This document shows positions 7,290 to 16,386 of a stretch of DNA of 20,739 nucleotides, piece by piece; the first letter of the stretch is position 1, and every line of letters begins with the position of its first letter. The stretch spans positions 1 to 20,739 of the forward strand of contig JANQHR010000133.1 of NCBI GenBank assembly GCA_028282585.1, written 5' to 3'. The notes under the pieces are model-generated. The model was not told the DNA's origin and ran no database searches. It saw only the letters and a program-made list of their open reading frames with translations. The stretch is from Bacteroidales bacterium. GTDB lineage: Bacteria; Bacteroidota; Bacteroidia; Bacteroidales; UBA12077. Both the position numbers and the translations under genes were made by a program.

Positions 7290-10200
7290 ATGAATAAGTA
7301 CCAATATTTGATTCTATTATGGATAGTTACCTTTTTTAATAATTCAATAGCCCAAGATATAAATATCAAAAAAGATAAACAGAGAATTTGGGTAGATTCT
7401 ATAATGAACCAGCTATCTTTTGAGGAAAAAATTGGTCAATTATTTATGATTGCAGCTTATTCTAATAAAGATCAAAAGCACGTAGATGAAATAAAATATA
7501 TCATAAAAAAACATAAAGTAGGTGGATTAATATTTTTTCAGGGCGGGCCCGGAAGGCAAGCCAATTTAACTAATCAATATCAAGCCTTATCAAAAATTCC
7601 ATTATTAATTGCAATTGATGGCGAATGGGGATTAGGAATGCGTTTGGATTCAACAATTAGTTATCCACGCCAATTGATGTTAGGAGCTGTTCAAAATGAT
7701 TCGTTAATTTATCAGATGGGATACGATATTGGAAAACAAATGCAGCGACTCGGAATTCACATAAATTTTGCACCGGTTGTAGATGTTAATAATAACCCGT
7801 TAAATCCGGTAATTAACGTAAGGTCGTTTGGAGAGAACCCCGAATTGGTAGCTAAGAAAAGTATTATGTATATGCAAGGTATGCAGGATGCAGGTATTAT
7901 TAACACGGCAAAACATTTTCCGGGTCATGGTGATACTGATAAAGATTCTCACTATACCTTACCATCAGTTCATCATAACAGACAAAGATTGGATTCAATT
8001 GAATTATATCCTTTCCGTAAGATTTTTGATGCTGGAATTGAAGGAGTAATGATAGCACACTTAAATGTTCCTGAACTAGGAACTAAAACTGATACACCAA
8101 CAACTTTAACTAAATCCGTTGTAACGGAATTGCTCAAAGATGAAATGGATTTTGACGGTTTAATTTTTACCGATGCTTTAAATATGAAAGGTGTTACCAA
8201 TCATTATGAACCTGGTGAAATTGAGTTTTTAGCGCTAGAGGCGGGAAATGATATTTTACTTTTTCCGGTCAGTGTATCAAAAGCAATCTCAAAAATTAAG
8301 AAAGCTGTAAGAAAAGGAGATTTAAGTAAAGAAAGAATTAATGAAAGTTGTCGAAAGGTATTGGAAGCAAAGTACCGTTTAGGTTTAACTCGAGATTTCA
8401 ATGAAAATCAAATTGTCAAAACTGAAAATCTTCATAATGATCTGAATAAATTAGTTTATGAAGTTTCTCGAAGAGACTTGATTGAGAGCGGTTTAACCCT
8501 AGTAAGAAATGATAAGAATTTACTTCCTGTAAAAAAACTGAAACGCAATAAATTTGCATCATTATCTTTTAATACGGATGAAATTACTGAGTTCCAAAAA
8601 ACCCTTTCAAAATATGCTAAGGTAGATCACTTTATTTATAAGGATTCAAATAAGGATTCAATTCTAAACTTACTTCATAAGTATGATATTGTCTTTACAA
8701 GTGTTCATAATACATCTTATTGGACCTCAAAAAACTATAAAGTTAATCTTGAACATCTCGAAATTATTGCAGATTTATCAGAAAACACTAAAGTAGCTTT
8801 TAGTCTATTTGCAAATCCGTATAGTCTTCGGAATTTTGCGCGTATTGAAAATATTGATGCGGTATTGATTTCTTACTCAGAGGAAAAAGAGGTTCAATCA
8901 GCTGCTGCTCAAGCAATATTTGGAGGGATAAAACTTTCGGGTCATTTACCGGTAACAATCAATAATAATTACCCGGTAGGTAATGGAATTGAACTTAAAA
9001 AAAAAATAAGGTTAAGTTATGGAATCCCTGAACAAGTTGGTATGTCATCAGAAAAGCTTCAAAAAGTTGATTCAATTGCATGGGAAGCCATTGATATTAT
9101 GGCAACCCCGGGATGCAGAATATTAGTAGCTCGCAACGGCACAGTACTTTATGATAAATGTTTTGGTTATCACACTTATTTTAAAAAAAATCCTGTAAAA
9201 AAAGATGATATTTATGATATTGCATCAATTACTAAAATTGCGGCAACGGTACCTTCATTGATGAAAATGTATGAGGACAGCCTGTTTTTTTTAGATGGAA
9301 AACTAAGCGATTATTTACCGGAGCTTGATACTACCAATAAAGGCGATTTAAATATACGTGATGTTTTAACGCACCAAGCTCGATTAAACGGTTGGATTCC
9401 ATTTTATTATTCTACACTGGAAACGCTATATCCTAATCAAAACTTATTGAATAAAAGATTTTCCGAAAACTTTCCTTATAAACTGGGAAATTATTCATAT
9501 ATGGCAAAGAATTTTAAATTTAAAAAAGGAATTTATAGTTATTATCCAAAAGAAGGATATTCAACTCAAATTGCCGATGATTTTTACATTTCTGATAACT
9601 TTAGAGATACGATTTACAAAAAAATACAAGAATCAGATTTACTTGAGGAAAAAGCATATCGCTATAGCGATTTAGGTTACTATTATTTGTATCAGATCAT
9701 TGAGAATTACAGAAATGTAAAATTTGAGGATTTTGTTGATTCTACATATTTTCAGGAATTAGGAGCATTTAGAACAGCTTTTTTACCTTTAAACAAATTC
9801 GATAAATCAGAAATTGTTCCTTCTGAAAATGACCAAATATTCAGAAAACAACTTTTACATGGACACGTGCATGATCCTGGAGCGGCTATGTTAGGAGGTG
9901 TTTGCGGACATGCAGGGTTGTTTTCAACCGCTAACGATTTAGCTAAACTCATGCAAATGTATTTAAATGGTGGTGAGTATGGAGGTACTAAGTTCTTTGA
10001 AAGAGAAACGATAGATTTATTTACAACAAGCCCTTTTTTAGATAAAGATAACCGAAGAGCTATAGGTTTTGATAAACCACAAATGGACTATGAAAAAGAA
10101 GGTCCAACATGTAAATGTATATCCGGAGATAGTTTTGGACATACCGGATTTACTGGAACTATTGCGTGGGCAGACCCTGATCAGCAAATAGTTTATATAT

Positions 10201-10310
10201 TCCTATCAAATAGAATTCATCCTGATCAGGATAATTCGAAACTGATTAAAATGAATATTCGTACCGATATACAACAGGCAATATACGATGCAATCAATGA
10301 TAAATTTTAA
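7290..10310 (+). CDS. GH3 beta-N-acetylglucosaminidase fused to a beta-lactamase-like serine hydrolase
   Basis: Signal peptide; AIDGEWG, NFAPVVD, RSFG, KHFPGHG..DSH (NagZ-type Asp-His dyad), FTDAL nucleophile; C-terminal SITK (SxxK), YSD, HTGFTG. Confidence 0.93.
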   Translation: MNKYQYLILLWIVTFFNNSIAQDINIKKDKQRIWVDSIMNQLSFEEKIGQLFMIAAYSNKDQKHVDEIKYIIKKHKVGGLIFFQGGPGRQANLTNQYQALSKIPLLIAIDGEWGLGMRLDSTISYPRQLMLGAVQNDSLIYQMGYDIGKQMQRLGIHINFAPVVDVNNNPLNPVINVRSFGENPELVAKKSIMYMQGMQDAGIINTAKHFPGHGDTDKDSHYTLPSVHHNRQRLDSIELYPFRKIFDAGIEGVMIAHLNVPELGTKTDTPTTLTKSVVTELLKDEMDFDGLIFTDALNMKGVTNHYEPGEIEFLALEAGNDILLFPVSVSKAISKIKKAVRKGDLSKERINESCRKVLEAKYRLGLTRDFNENQIVKTENLHNDLNKLVYEVSRRDLIESGLTLVRNDKNLLPVKKLKRNKFASLSFNTDEITEFQKTLSKYAKVDHFIYKDSNKDSILNLLHKYDIVFTSVHNTSYWTSKNYKVNLEHLEIIADLSENTKVAFSLFANPYSLRNFARIENIDAVLISYSEEKEVQSAAAQAIFGGIKLSGHLPVTINNNYPVGNGIELKKKIRLSYGIPEQVGMSSEKLQKVDSIAWEAIDIMATPGCRILVARNGTVLYDKCFGYHTYFKKNPVKKDDIYDIASITKIAATVPSLMKMYEDSLFFLDGKLSDYLPELDTTNKGDLNIRDVLTHQARLNGWIPFYYSTLETLYPNQNLLNKRFSENFPYKLGNYSYMAKNFKFKKGIYSYYPKEGYSTQIADDFYISDNFRDTIYKKIQESDLLEEKAYRYSDLGYYYLYQIIENYRNVKFEDFVDSTYFQELGAFRTAFLPLNKFDKSEIVPSENDQIFRKQLLHGHVHDPGAAMLGGVCGHAGLFSTANDLAKLMQMYLNGGEYGGTKFFERETIDLFTTSPFLDKDNRRAIGFDKPQMDYEKEGPTCKCISGDSFGHTGFTGTIAWADPDQQIVYIFLSNRIHPDQDNSKLIKMNIRTDIQQAIYDAINDKF

Positions 10311-10327
10311 TAAATAGAACATTACTT

Positions 10328-10341
10328 TGCAAACGTTTGCA
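10328..10341. promoter_or_regulatory. Putative LacI-family operator
   Basis: Perfect 14-bp palindrome TGCAAACGTTTGCA with a central CG, intergenic, upstream of a GH31-containing operon. Confidence 0.65.
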
Positions 10342-10452
10342 TGCATACCTTACTTATATTTTCATCATTTTTTATAAAAAAACTCATTAACAGATATAAG
10401 TCAAATCTATTTGAATTCACTATCTTCATAACAAATTTTACTCATAATAGAA

Positions 10453-11259
10453 ATGAAAAACTTATTTTTAATATCTATACTTAGTTTAACTCTTCTCGGT
10501 TGTAACTCCGAAATTCGAACATATAAACGCGTAGGAGGAAACCACTTACATTTGAAAACCGGTAATAAAGAGCTTTTTTGGTTTTCGGGCATACATGGAT
10601 ATAATCCTGAAAACCCTATGTTTCGAGATATAAAAGAAGAATTTAATAGTTTCAAACCAGATATTGTTTTAGTAGAAGGACATTTTAATGATGAAAGATT
10701 TGAAGATGAAATATCTGCAATAAAAAGCGGAGAGAGTGCTTATGTTAGTTATTTAGCAATGCAAAATAAACTGCCTTGTTCTGATGTAGAACCACCTGAT
10801 TCAAATTTAAATAAGTATTTAATAAGCAAATATGGAAAAAGAAATGTTTTAACGATGTATTTAATTCGTCAAATGATTCAGTGGAGTAGATCCCCCAAGA
10901 ATATGGATTTTGAGGAGATTATTATTGCATACGTAAAATGGGAAGATGAAAATATAGGATATTTTAATGATGAAATCACGTTAGATAAGATTTCATTATT
11001 GTTGGAACCTCACACTAATACGGACAAGATTGATAATTCAAATTGGTTAACTTTTGATGCAAAAAAATACCTGTATTTTTCCGAAAATGAAATAAGTAGA
11101 GTATATAACGAAACACTAAATTATAGGAATATTTATTTAGTTGATTTAATTGAAAACAAGAAGAGTGAATATGATAGAATATTCATAATGATGGGATTTG
11201 ATCATGCAAAGGAGGTAAATGAATCACTTGCAAAAATATATAAAAATAAAACTGATTAA
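10453..11259 (+). CDS. Uncharacterised lipoprotein, possibly TraB/GumN/Tiki (EreA-ChaN-like) fold
   Basis: Lipobox LLGC; ordered motifs SGIH, KPDIVLVEG, RNIYL, IFIMMGFDH. The CDS is secure, the fold is inferred. Confidence 0.6.
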   Translation: MKNLFLISILSLTLLGCNSEIRTYKRVGGNHLHLKTGNKELFWFSGIHGYNPENPMFRDIKEEFNSFKPDIVLVEGHFNDERFEDEISAIKSGESAYVSYLAMQNKLPCSDVEPPDSNLNKYLISKYGKRNVLTMYLIRQMIQWSRSPKNMDFEEIIIAYVKWEDENIGYFNDEITLDKISLLLEPHTNTDKIDNSNWLTFDAKKYLYFSENEISRVYNETLNYRNIYLVDLIENKKSEYDRIFIMMGFDHAKEVNESLAKIYKNKTD

Positions 11260-11270
11260 ACTTAAATTAA

Positions 11271-13682
11271 ATGAGAACAAAGCTTTCCTTAATTCTTATT
11301 TTATTTTTAATTACCATAACGGCCTATGGGCAAAGTAAGAATCGCATCTATAAAGGCCATAAAAAACTAAAAAGTAAACTTGAGATTACCGTTAATGATG
11401 GCAAGTATTTAATTATTCCTTACAAGGAAAAAATACTTGAAACTTCGTTTATCCCAGATGGAGAAACTTATAATCCAAATTCGCATGCAGTTGTATTAAC
11501 ACCGGATGAATTAGATATTGAAATTGTTGAAGGTGAAAGCTCGATAGAATATAGCACATCAGGAATTAAAGTAGTAATTTCAAAAGAACCATTCAATATA
11601 AGTTATTATTATAACGATGAATTAATTATTTCAGAAAAAGAAGGATATGTCAAATCACAAGAATATGAAACCTTGAGTTTTAGTTTGGATGATTCTGAAA
11701 TGCTTTTTGGAGGAGGAGCAAGAGTATTAGGTATGAACCGTCGCGGTAATCGTTTACAACTTTATAATCGAGCCCACTATGGTTATACAACTCATTCCGA
11801 GTTAATGAATTTTACGATGCCGGTGGTTGTTTCTTCAAAAATGTATACCATTCATTTTGATAATGCACCAATTGGATTTTTAGATTTGGATAGTAAAAAG
11901 AACAATACGCTTAAATATGAAACAATAAGTGGGCGTAAAACATATCAAGTTATAGTAGGAGATACCTGGGAGGATTTAATAGACCAATATACCCACCTAA
12001 CAGGGAAACAACCATTACCACCGCGTTGGTCGTTTGGAAATTTCTCAAGTCGATTTGGGTATCATTCTGAACAAGAAACCCGAGAAACTGTAAATAAATT
12101 TATAGAGGATTCAATACCATTAGATGCCGTGATCATTGACATTTATTGGTTTGGTCCTGATATATTCGGGCACATGGGAAATCTTGAGTTTTTTAAGGAT
12201 TCTTTCCCAACTCCTCAAAAAATGATTGATGACTTTAAAGAAAAGGGGGTAAAAACAATATTGGTAACAGAACCATTTGTTCTTACTACTTCAAAAAGAT
12301 GGGATGAGGTTGTTGAAAAGAAGTTAGTAGCCACGGATAAGGATGGTAATCCGTTTACTTTTGATTTTTATTTTGGTAACACTGGTTTGCTTGATATTTA
12401 TAAACCCGAAACCAGAGAATGGTTTTGGAATATTTACAAAGATTTTACCGAAATGGGAATAGGTGGTTGGTGGGGAGATCTTGGCGAACCTGAAGTACAT
12501 CCATCAGAAGCGCAACATGCAACCGGAAGTGCTGATGAAGTTCACAATATCTATGGTCACGATTGGACAAAGTTAATTTATGAGGGATACCAAAAAGATT
12601 TTCCAGAACAACGGCCTTTTATTTTAATGCGAGCAGGCTATTCAGGTTCGCAGCGATATGGAATTATACCGTGGACAGGAGATGTAAGTCGCAGTTGGGG
12701 AGGATTAAAACCTCAAACAGAAATATCATTACAAATGGGATTACAAGGAATAGCTTACATGCATTCGGACCTAGGAGGTTTTGCCGGAGGGGATAAATTC
12801 GAACCGGAGATGTATACCCGTTGGTTACAGTATGGCGTTTTTCAACCAATATATCGTCCGCATGCGCAGGAGCATATAGCATCAGAGCCCGTTTTTCATG
12901 ATGATACAACTAAATCATTAGCTCGCGAATCCATTAAACTTCGTTATAGCTTAATTCCATATATCTATACAATTGCATTTGATAATAGTCAATCAGGAAT
13001 ACCATTAATGCGCCCTATGTTTTTTATGGAACCTGATAATGATAGTTTATATTTAATTTCGGATACTTATTTGTGGGGAGACAACTTTTTAGTATCTCCT
13101 GTAACAGATCCGGGAATAAAGGAAAAAAAAGTTTATATGCCTGCTAATACAACATGGTTTGACTTTTATTCAAACAAGTCTTATATGGGAGGAAAAGAAT
13201 ATACTGTTGCGGTTGAAAAAGAGCATATTCCCGTATTCGTTAAAGGAGGATCATTTATACCTATGGTTAAGCCCGTTCAATCAACAAAGTTTTATAACAC
13301 TAAGGAACTTGATATTCATTACTATCCAGACCCAACCGCTTTGGAGCATCAAGGGAAATTATATGATGATGACGGAATTACTCCAATGGCATACAAAAAA
13401 GATGAGTATGAAATTCTTTATTTTTCGGGAATGTTTGAAGGTGAAAACTTGAATATAGAATTTAAGAGTGAGGTGGGCGCCAATTATAAACCTGTTGACA
13501 GGAAAATAAACTTTATTGTAAATAAACTTGGAATATCACCCAAAGATGTATTGATAAATGATAAACAAGTTTCATATGATTATGATATAATAACAGATAA
13601 ATTATATATTTCATTTAACTGGAAAGCTGGTAAAAATATTAATATCAAGATCAAACAGCCGAGAGGGCAAATTACAGACTAA
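11271..13682 (+). CDS. GH31 alpha-glucosidase / alpha-transglucosylase (Agd31B-like)
   Basis: Signal peptide; SRFGY, DIYWFG, nucleophile WWGDLGEPE, acid/base WTGD, HSDLGGF, RPHAQ. Confidence 0.92.
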   Translation: MRTKLSLILILFLITITAYGQSKNRIYKGHKKLKSKLEITVNDGKYLIIPYKEKILETSFIPDGETYNPNSHAVVLTPDELDIEIVEGESSIEYSTSGIKVVISKEPFNISYYYNDELIISEKEGYVKSQEYETLSFSLDDSEMLFGGGARVLGMNRRGNRLQLYNRAHYGYTTHSELMNFTMPVVVSSKMYTIHFDNAPIGFLDLDSKKNNTLKYETISGRKTYQVIVGDTWEDLIDQYTHLTGKQPLPPRWSFGNFSSRFGYHSEQETRETVNKFIEDSIPLDAVIIDIYWFGPDIFGHMGNLEFFKDSFPTPQKMIDDFKEKGVKTILVTEPFVLTTSKRWDEVVEKKLVATDKDGNPFTFDFYFGNTGLLDIYKPETREWFWNIYKDFTEMGIGGWWGDLGEPEVHPSEAQHATGSADEVHNIYGHDWTKLIYEGYQKDFPEQRPFILMRAGYSGSQRYGIIPWTGDVSRSWGGLKPQTEISLQMGLQGIAYMHSDLGGFAGGDKFEPEMYTRWLQYGVFQPIYRPHAQEHIASEPVFHDDTTKSLARESIKLRYSLIPYIYTIAFDNSQSGIPLMRPMFFMEPDNDSLYLISDTYLWGDNFLVSPVTDPGIKEKKVYMPANTTWFDFYSNKSYMGGKEYTVAVEKEHIPVFVKGGSFIPMVKPVQSTKFYNTKELDIHYYPDPTALEHQGKLYDDDGITPMAYKKDEYEILYFSGMFEGENLNIEFKSEVGANYKPVDRKINFIVNKLGISPKDVLINDKQVSYDYDIITDKLYISFNWKAGKNINIKIKQPRGQITD

Positions 13683-14473
13683 TGCAAACTGATAATAATA
13701 TCTTTTATATACTTTTTATAATTTTTGTTATTATATATACTTTAAGGCAATTTCTTCGGTATAAAGATTTTAAAAGCCTTTTTATCAGTAAGAATAAAAT
13801 TAGTGAGTTAGATATCTTTTTTAGTAAGTATTTTAAATATTATAATCAATTAAATCCTAAAGAACAGAAAAGTTTTATTAAAAGAGCTTATAACCTTTCG
13901 TTATCAGTTCAAATATTAGGCAAAGAGAAGTTTGAAATTACAGAAAAAGTTAAGCTGTTCGTTGTTGCAGCACAAGTCCAGCTTACATTTGGATTTAGAA
14001 GGTATGATTTGCCCATTTTTAGAAGAATTCTTGTTTATCCGAATGCTTATAGAAGTCCCGCGACGGGGAATATGCACTATGGAGAAGTTAATGCAAAGGG
14101 TATAATTATTCTGTCATGGAAAAGATTGGTTAAAGGACACTTAATTACGGACGATACAATTAACCTTGGATTACACGAATTAGCTCATGCTTTAATGCAC
14201 ACAATAATTCACAGTAATGATCATGAAATTGGATTAGATCCTTATTTAAAGAATGTTTTAAAGCTTTCGAAGGTTGAAAGAGAGAAAATTAAAAGCAAAA
14301 AGGATCATTTATTCAGGTCATATGCAGCAACTAATATTTACGAGTTTTTTGCTATTGCAGTTGAACATTTTTTTGAAGTACCGAGTAAATTTAAGAAAGA
14401 ATTACCTGATTTGTATGATCATATGGTAAAATTGTTAAAGCAAGATCCGTCAAGTAAGCTCTTTCGAATTTAA
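13682..14473 (+). CDS. M90 (MtfA-like) zinc-dependent peptidase with N-terminal membrane anchor
   Basis: HELAH (HExxH), ILVYP..Y, GE...G.I.LSW, YAATN..EFFA...E.FFE. Start overlaps the GH31 stop (TAATG). Confidence 0.88.
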   Translation: MQTDNNIFYILFIIFVIIYTLRQFLRYKDFKSLFISKNKISELDIFFSKYFKYYNQLNPKEQKSFIKRAYNLSLSVQILGKEKFEITEKVKLFVVAAQVQLTFGFRRYDLPIFRRILVYPNAYRSPATGNMHYGEVNAKGIIILSWKRLVKGHLITDDTINLGLHELAHALMHTIIHSNDHEIGLDPYLKNVLKLSKVEREKIKSKKDHLFRSYAATNIYEFFAIAVEHFFEVPSKFKKELPDLYDHMVKLLKQDPSSKLFRI

Positions 14474-14573
14474 TTGCACACTAGCAATTCATTACAATAA
14501 TCATATTATAAAATAGGACTGATGAGATAACCTGATACTCTGCCAAAATACTTTATATTTTTTACGGGAGCGA

Positions 14574-14605
14574 TTTGGTAATTTATAAGCAATTTTGTAA
14601 TTTTA
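14574..14605 (+). promoter_or_regulatory. Putative primary-sigma promoter of the perR-bfr-prx operon
   Basis: TTTG-N20-TAATTTTA, one mismatch to TTTG-N19-21-TAnnTTTG. Confidence 0.45.
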
Positions 14606-14617
14606 CTCATTCTTATG

Positions 14618-14632
14618 TAGGAACTATTCTTA
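14618..14632. promoter_or_regulatory. Putative Fur/PerR-type 7-1-7 operator
   Basis: TAGGAAC-T-ATTCTTA imperfect inverted repeat (5/7) between the predicted promoter and the regulator ATG. Confidence 0.45.
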
Positions 14633-14649
14633 TATGATATTGTTTATTT

Positions 14650-15075
14650 ATGGAGTTCAAAAAAATAAGAGAAACGCTAATAGAAAAGGGACTAAAAGTT
14701 ACACCGCAACGTTTGGCTGTATTAGAGGCTGTAATTGAGTTAGGAAATCATCCAACGGCCGAAAAAATCATTGACTTTATAAAAAAAAATCATCCTAATA
14801 TAGCCGTTGGTACGGTTTATAAAACCCTTGAAACTTTTGTAGAAAAAGAAATCATAAAAAAGGTAAAGACAGATAAAGATGTAATGCGTTATGATGCGAT
14901 TTTAGAAAAACATCATCACTTATATTGCACAGAATCAGATCGAATTGAGGATTTTTATGATGAAGAGTTAAATCAGATCCTTAAAAGTTATTTTGAAAAA
15001 AAGAATATTAAAGATTTTAAAATTGAAGATATTAAATTACAAATAATTGGAAATTTTTTAAACAATAAAACCTAA
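14650..15075 (+). CDS. perR: Fur-family regulator, PerR-like
   Basis: GLKVTPQR, HPTAE, TVYKTL, RYD..HHH..IEDF (Asp at the PerR-diagnostic position); first gene before bfr and a peroxiredoxin. Confidence 0.8.
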   Translation: MEFKKIRETLIEKGLKVTPQRLAVLEAVIELGNHPTAEKIIDFIKKNHPNIAVGTVYKTLETFVEKEIIKKVKTDKDVMRYDAILEKHHHLYCTESDRIEDFYDEELNQILKSYFEKKNIKDFKIEDIKLQIIGNFLNNKT

Positions 15076-15080
15076 CTAAC

Positions 15081-15578
15081 ATGAAAGAAAAAAGTATTGA
15101 ACTATTAAACAAAGCTATTGCGGACGAATTATCAGCTGTTCACCAGTATATGTATTTTCATTTTCATTGCGATGATCAAGGTTATGACCTTTTAGCAGGC
15201 TTATTTAAACGCACTGCAATTGATGAAATGATTCATATTGAAATGCTGGCAGAAAGAATATTGTTCTTAAAAGGGGAGGTAGAGATGACCGCTTCGGAAC
15301 CGGTTAAAAAGATCCATTTGGTTAAGGATATGTTAGAATTAGCTACACAAATGGAAGAAGGAAGTGCAAATGATTATAATAAATGGGCCAATGAATGTTC
15401 TCAAAACAATGATTCGGTTTCTAAAAAACTTTTTGAGCAGTTAGTTGAAGATGAAGAACGTCACTTTAATCAGTATGATGATGAGGTAGAGAATTTGGTA
15501 AAATTTGGGGACAATTATTTAGCACTTCAATCAATTGAAAGAAGTAAAAACATTTCAAGCGGAACACCTGCTGAATAA
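15081..15578 (+). CDS. bfr: Bacterioferritin
   Basis: EL.A..QY..H, DEMIH (ferroxidase Glu/His and heme-ligand Met), ERILFL.G, DEERH. Confidence 0.88.
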   Translation: MKEKSIELLNKAIADELSAVHQYMYFHFHCDDQGYDLLAGLFKRTAIDEMIHIEMLAERILFLKGEVEMTASEPVKKIHLVKDMLELATQMEEGSANDYNKWANECSQNNDSVSKKLFEQLVEDEERHFNQYDDEVENLVKFGDNYLALQSIERSKNISSGTPAE

Positions 15579-15619
15579 TTCTAAAAGAGGTTATTATTAA
15601 TAATTAAATTATAGGAAAA

Positions 15620-16336
15620 ATGGAAGAAAAACTCGAACAAGAGGTTGCTTCAATACCCAGAATTGGAGATACTGCACCAGAGTTTACTGCTAAGACAACT
15701 CAGGGAGAAATTAATTTTCCAAAGGATTACAAAGGTAAATGGGCGATACTATTTAGTCACCCAGCGGATTTTACTCCGGTTTGCACTTCGGAGTTTATGA
15801 CGTTTGCTCATATGGAAGAGCAATTTAATGAAGCAAACTGTGAGCTTATTGGATTATCTATTGATGGACTTTACAGTCATATTGCTTGGTTACGTACGAT
15901 TAAGGAGAAAATCGAGTATAATGGGATGAAGGATATTGAAGTGACTTTTCCTTTAATCGAGGATATAAAAATGGATGTGGCTAAAAAATATGGTATGATT
16001 CAACCAAACGAAGATAGCACAAAGGCAGTTCGTGCTGTTTTCTTTATCGATCCAAAAGGGATCATAAGAACAATTATCTACTATCCATTAAGTTTAGGAA
16101 GAAACTTTGAGGAACTATACAGAGTTTTAATCGCATTGCAAACTGCTGATGAATTTGGGGTTGCAACACCAGCAGACTGGCAACCTGGTGATGATGTAAT
16201 CGTTCCTCCTGCTGGTTCTTGTGGTACGGCGAAAGACCGTATGGAAGGAAAAGAAGATATGAAATGTTATGATTGGTTTTTCTGTACAAAAGAATTAGAC
16301 AAAGAAGAGGTTCTTAAAAAAGTATTGAAAAAATAA
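15620..16336 (+). CDS. Peroxiredoxin, Prx6 subfamily with C-terminal cysteines
   Basis: FSHPADFTPVCTSEF, VRAVF.IDP, GRN, TPADW; tail GSCG and CYDWFFC. Confidence 0.93.
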   Translation: MEEKLEQEVASIPRIGDTAPEFTAKTTQGEINFPKDYKGKWAILFSHPADFTPVCTSEFMTFAHMEEQFNEANCELIGLSIDGLYSHIAWLRTIKEKIEYNGMKDIEVTFPLIEDIKMDVAKKYGMIQPNEDSTKAVRAVFFIDPKGIIRTIIYYPLSLGRNFEELYRVLIALQTADEFGVATPADWQPGDDVIVPPAGSCGTAKDRMEGKEDMKCYDWFFCTKELDKEEVLKKVLKK

Positions 16337-16355
16337 CTTTGCATCACATATGGAT

Positions 16356-16386
16356 AAAAAGATTCCCAAACAGGGAATCTTTTTTT
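16356..16386 (+). terminator. Intrinsic terminator
   Basis: AAAAAGATTCCC-aaaca-GGGAATCTTTTTTT. Confidence 0.88.

Noticed and set aside
9000-10310. Beta-lactamase as an antibiotic-resistance gene
   Set aside because: It is the SxxK domain of a GH3 fusion in a housekeeping context with no mobility signal.
14472-14489. Hairpin AATTGC-N6-GCAATT after the M90 gene
   Set aside because: Weak 6-bp stem without a T tail; not enough to call a terminator.
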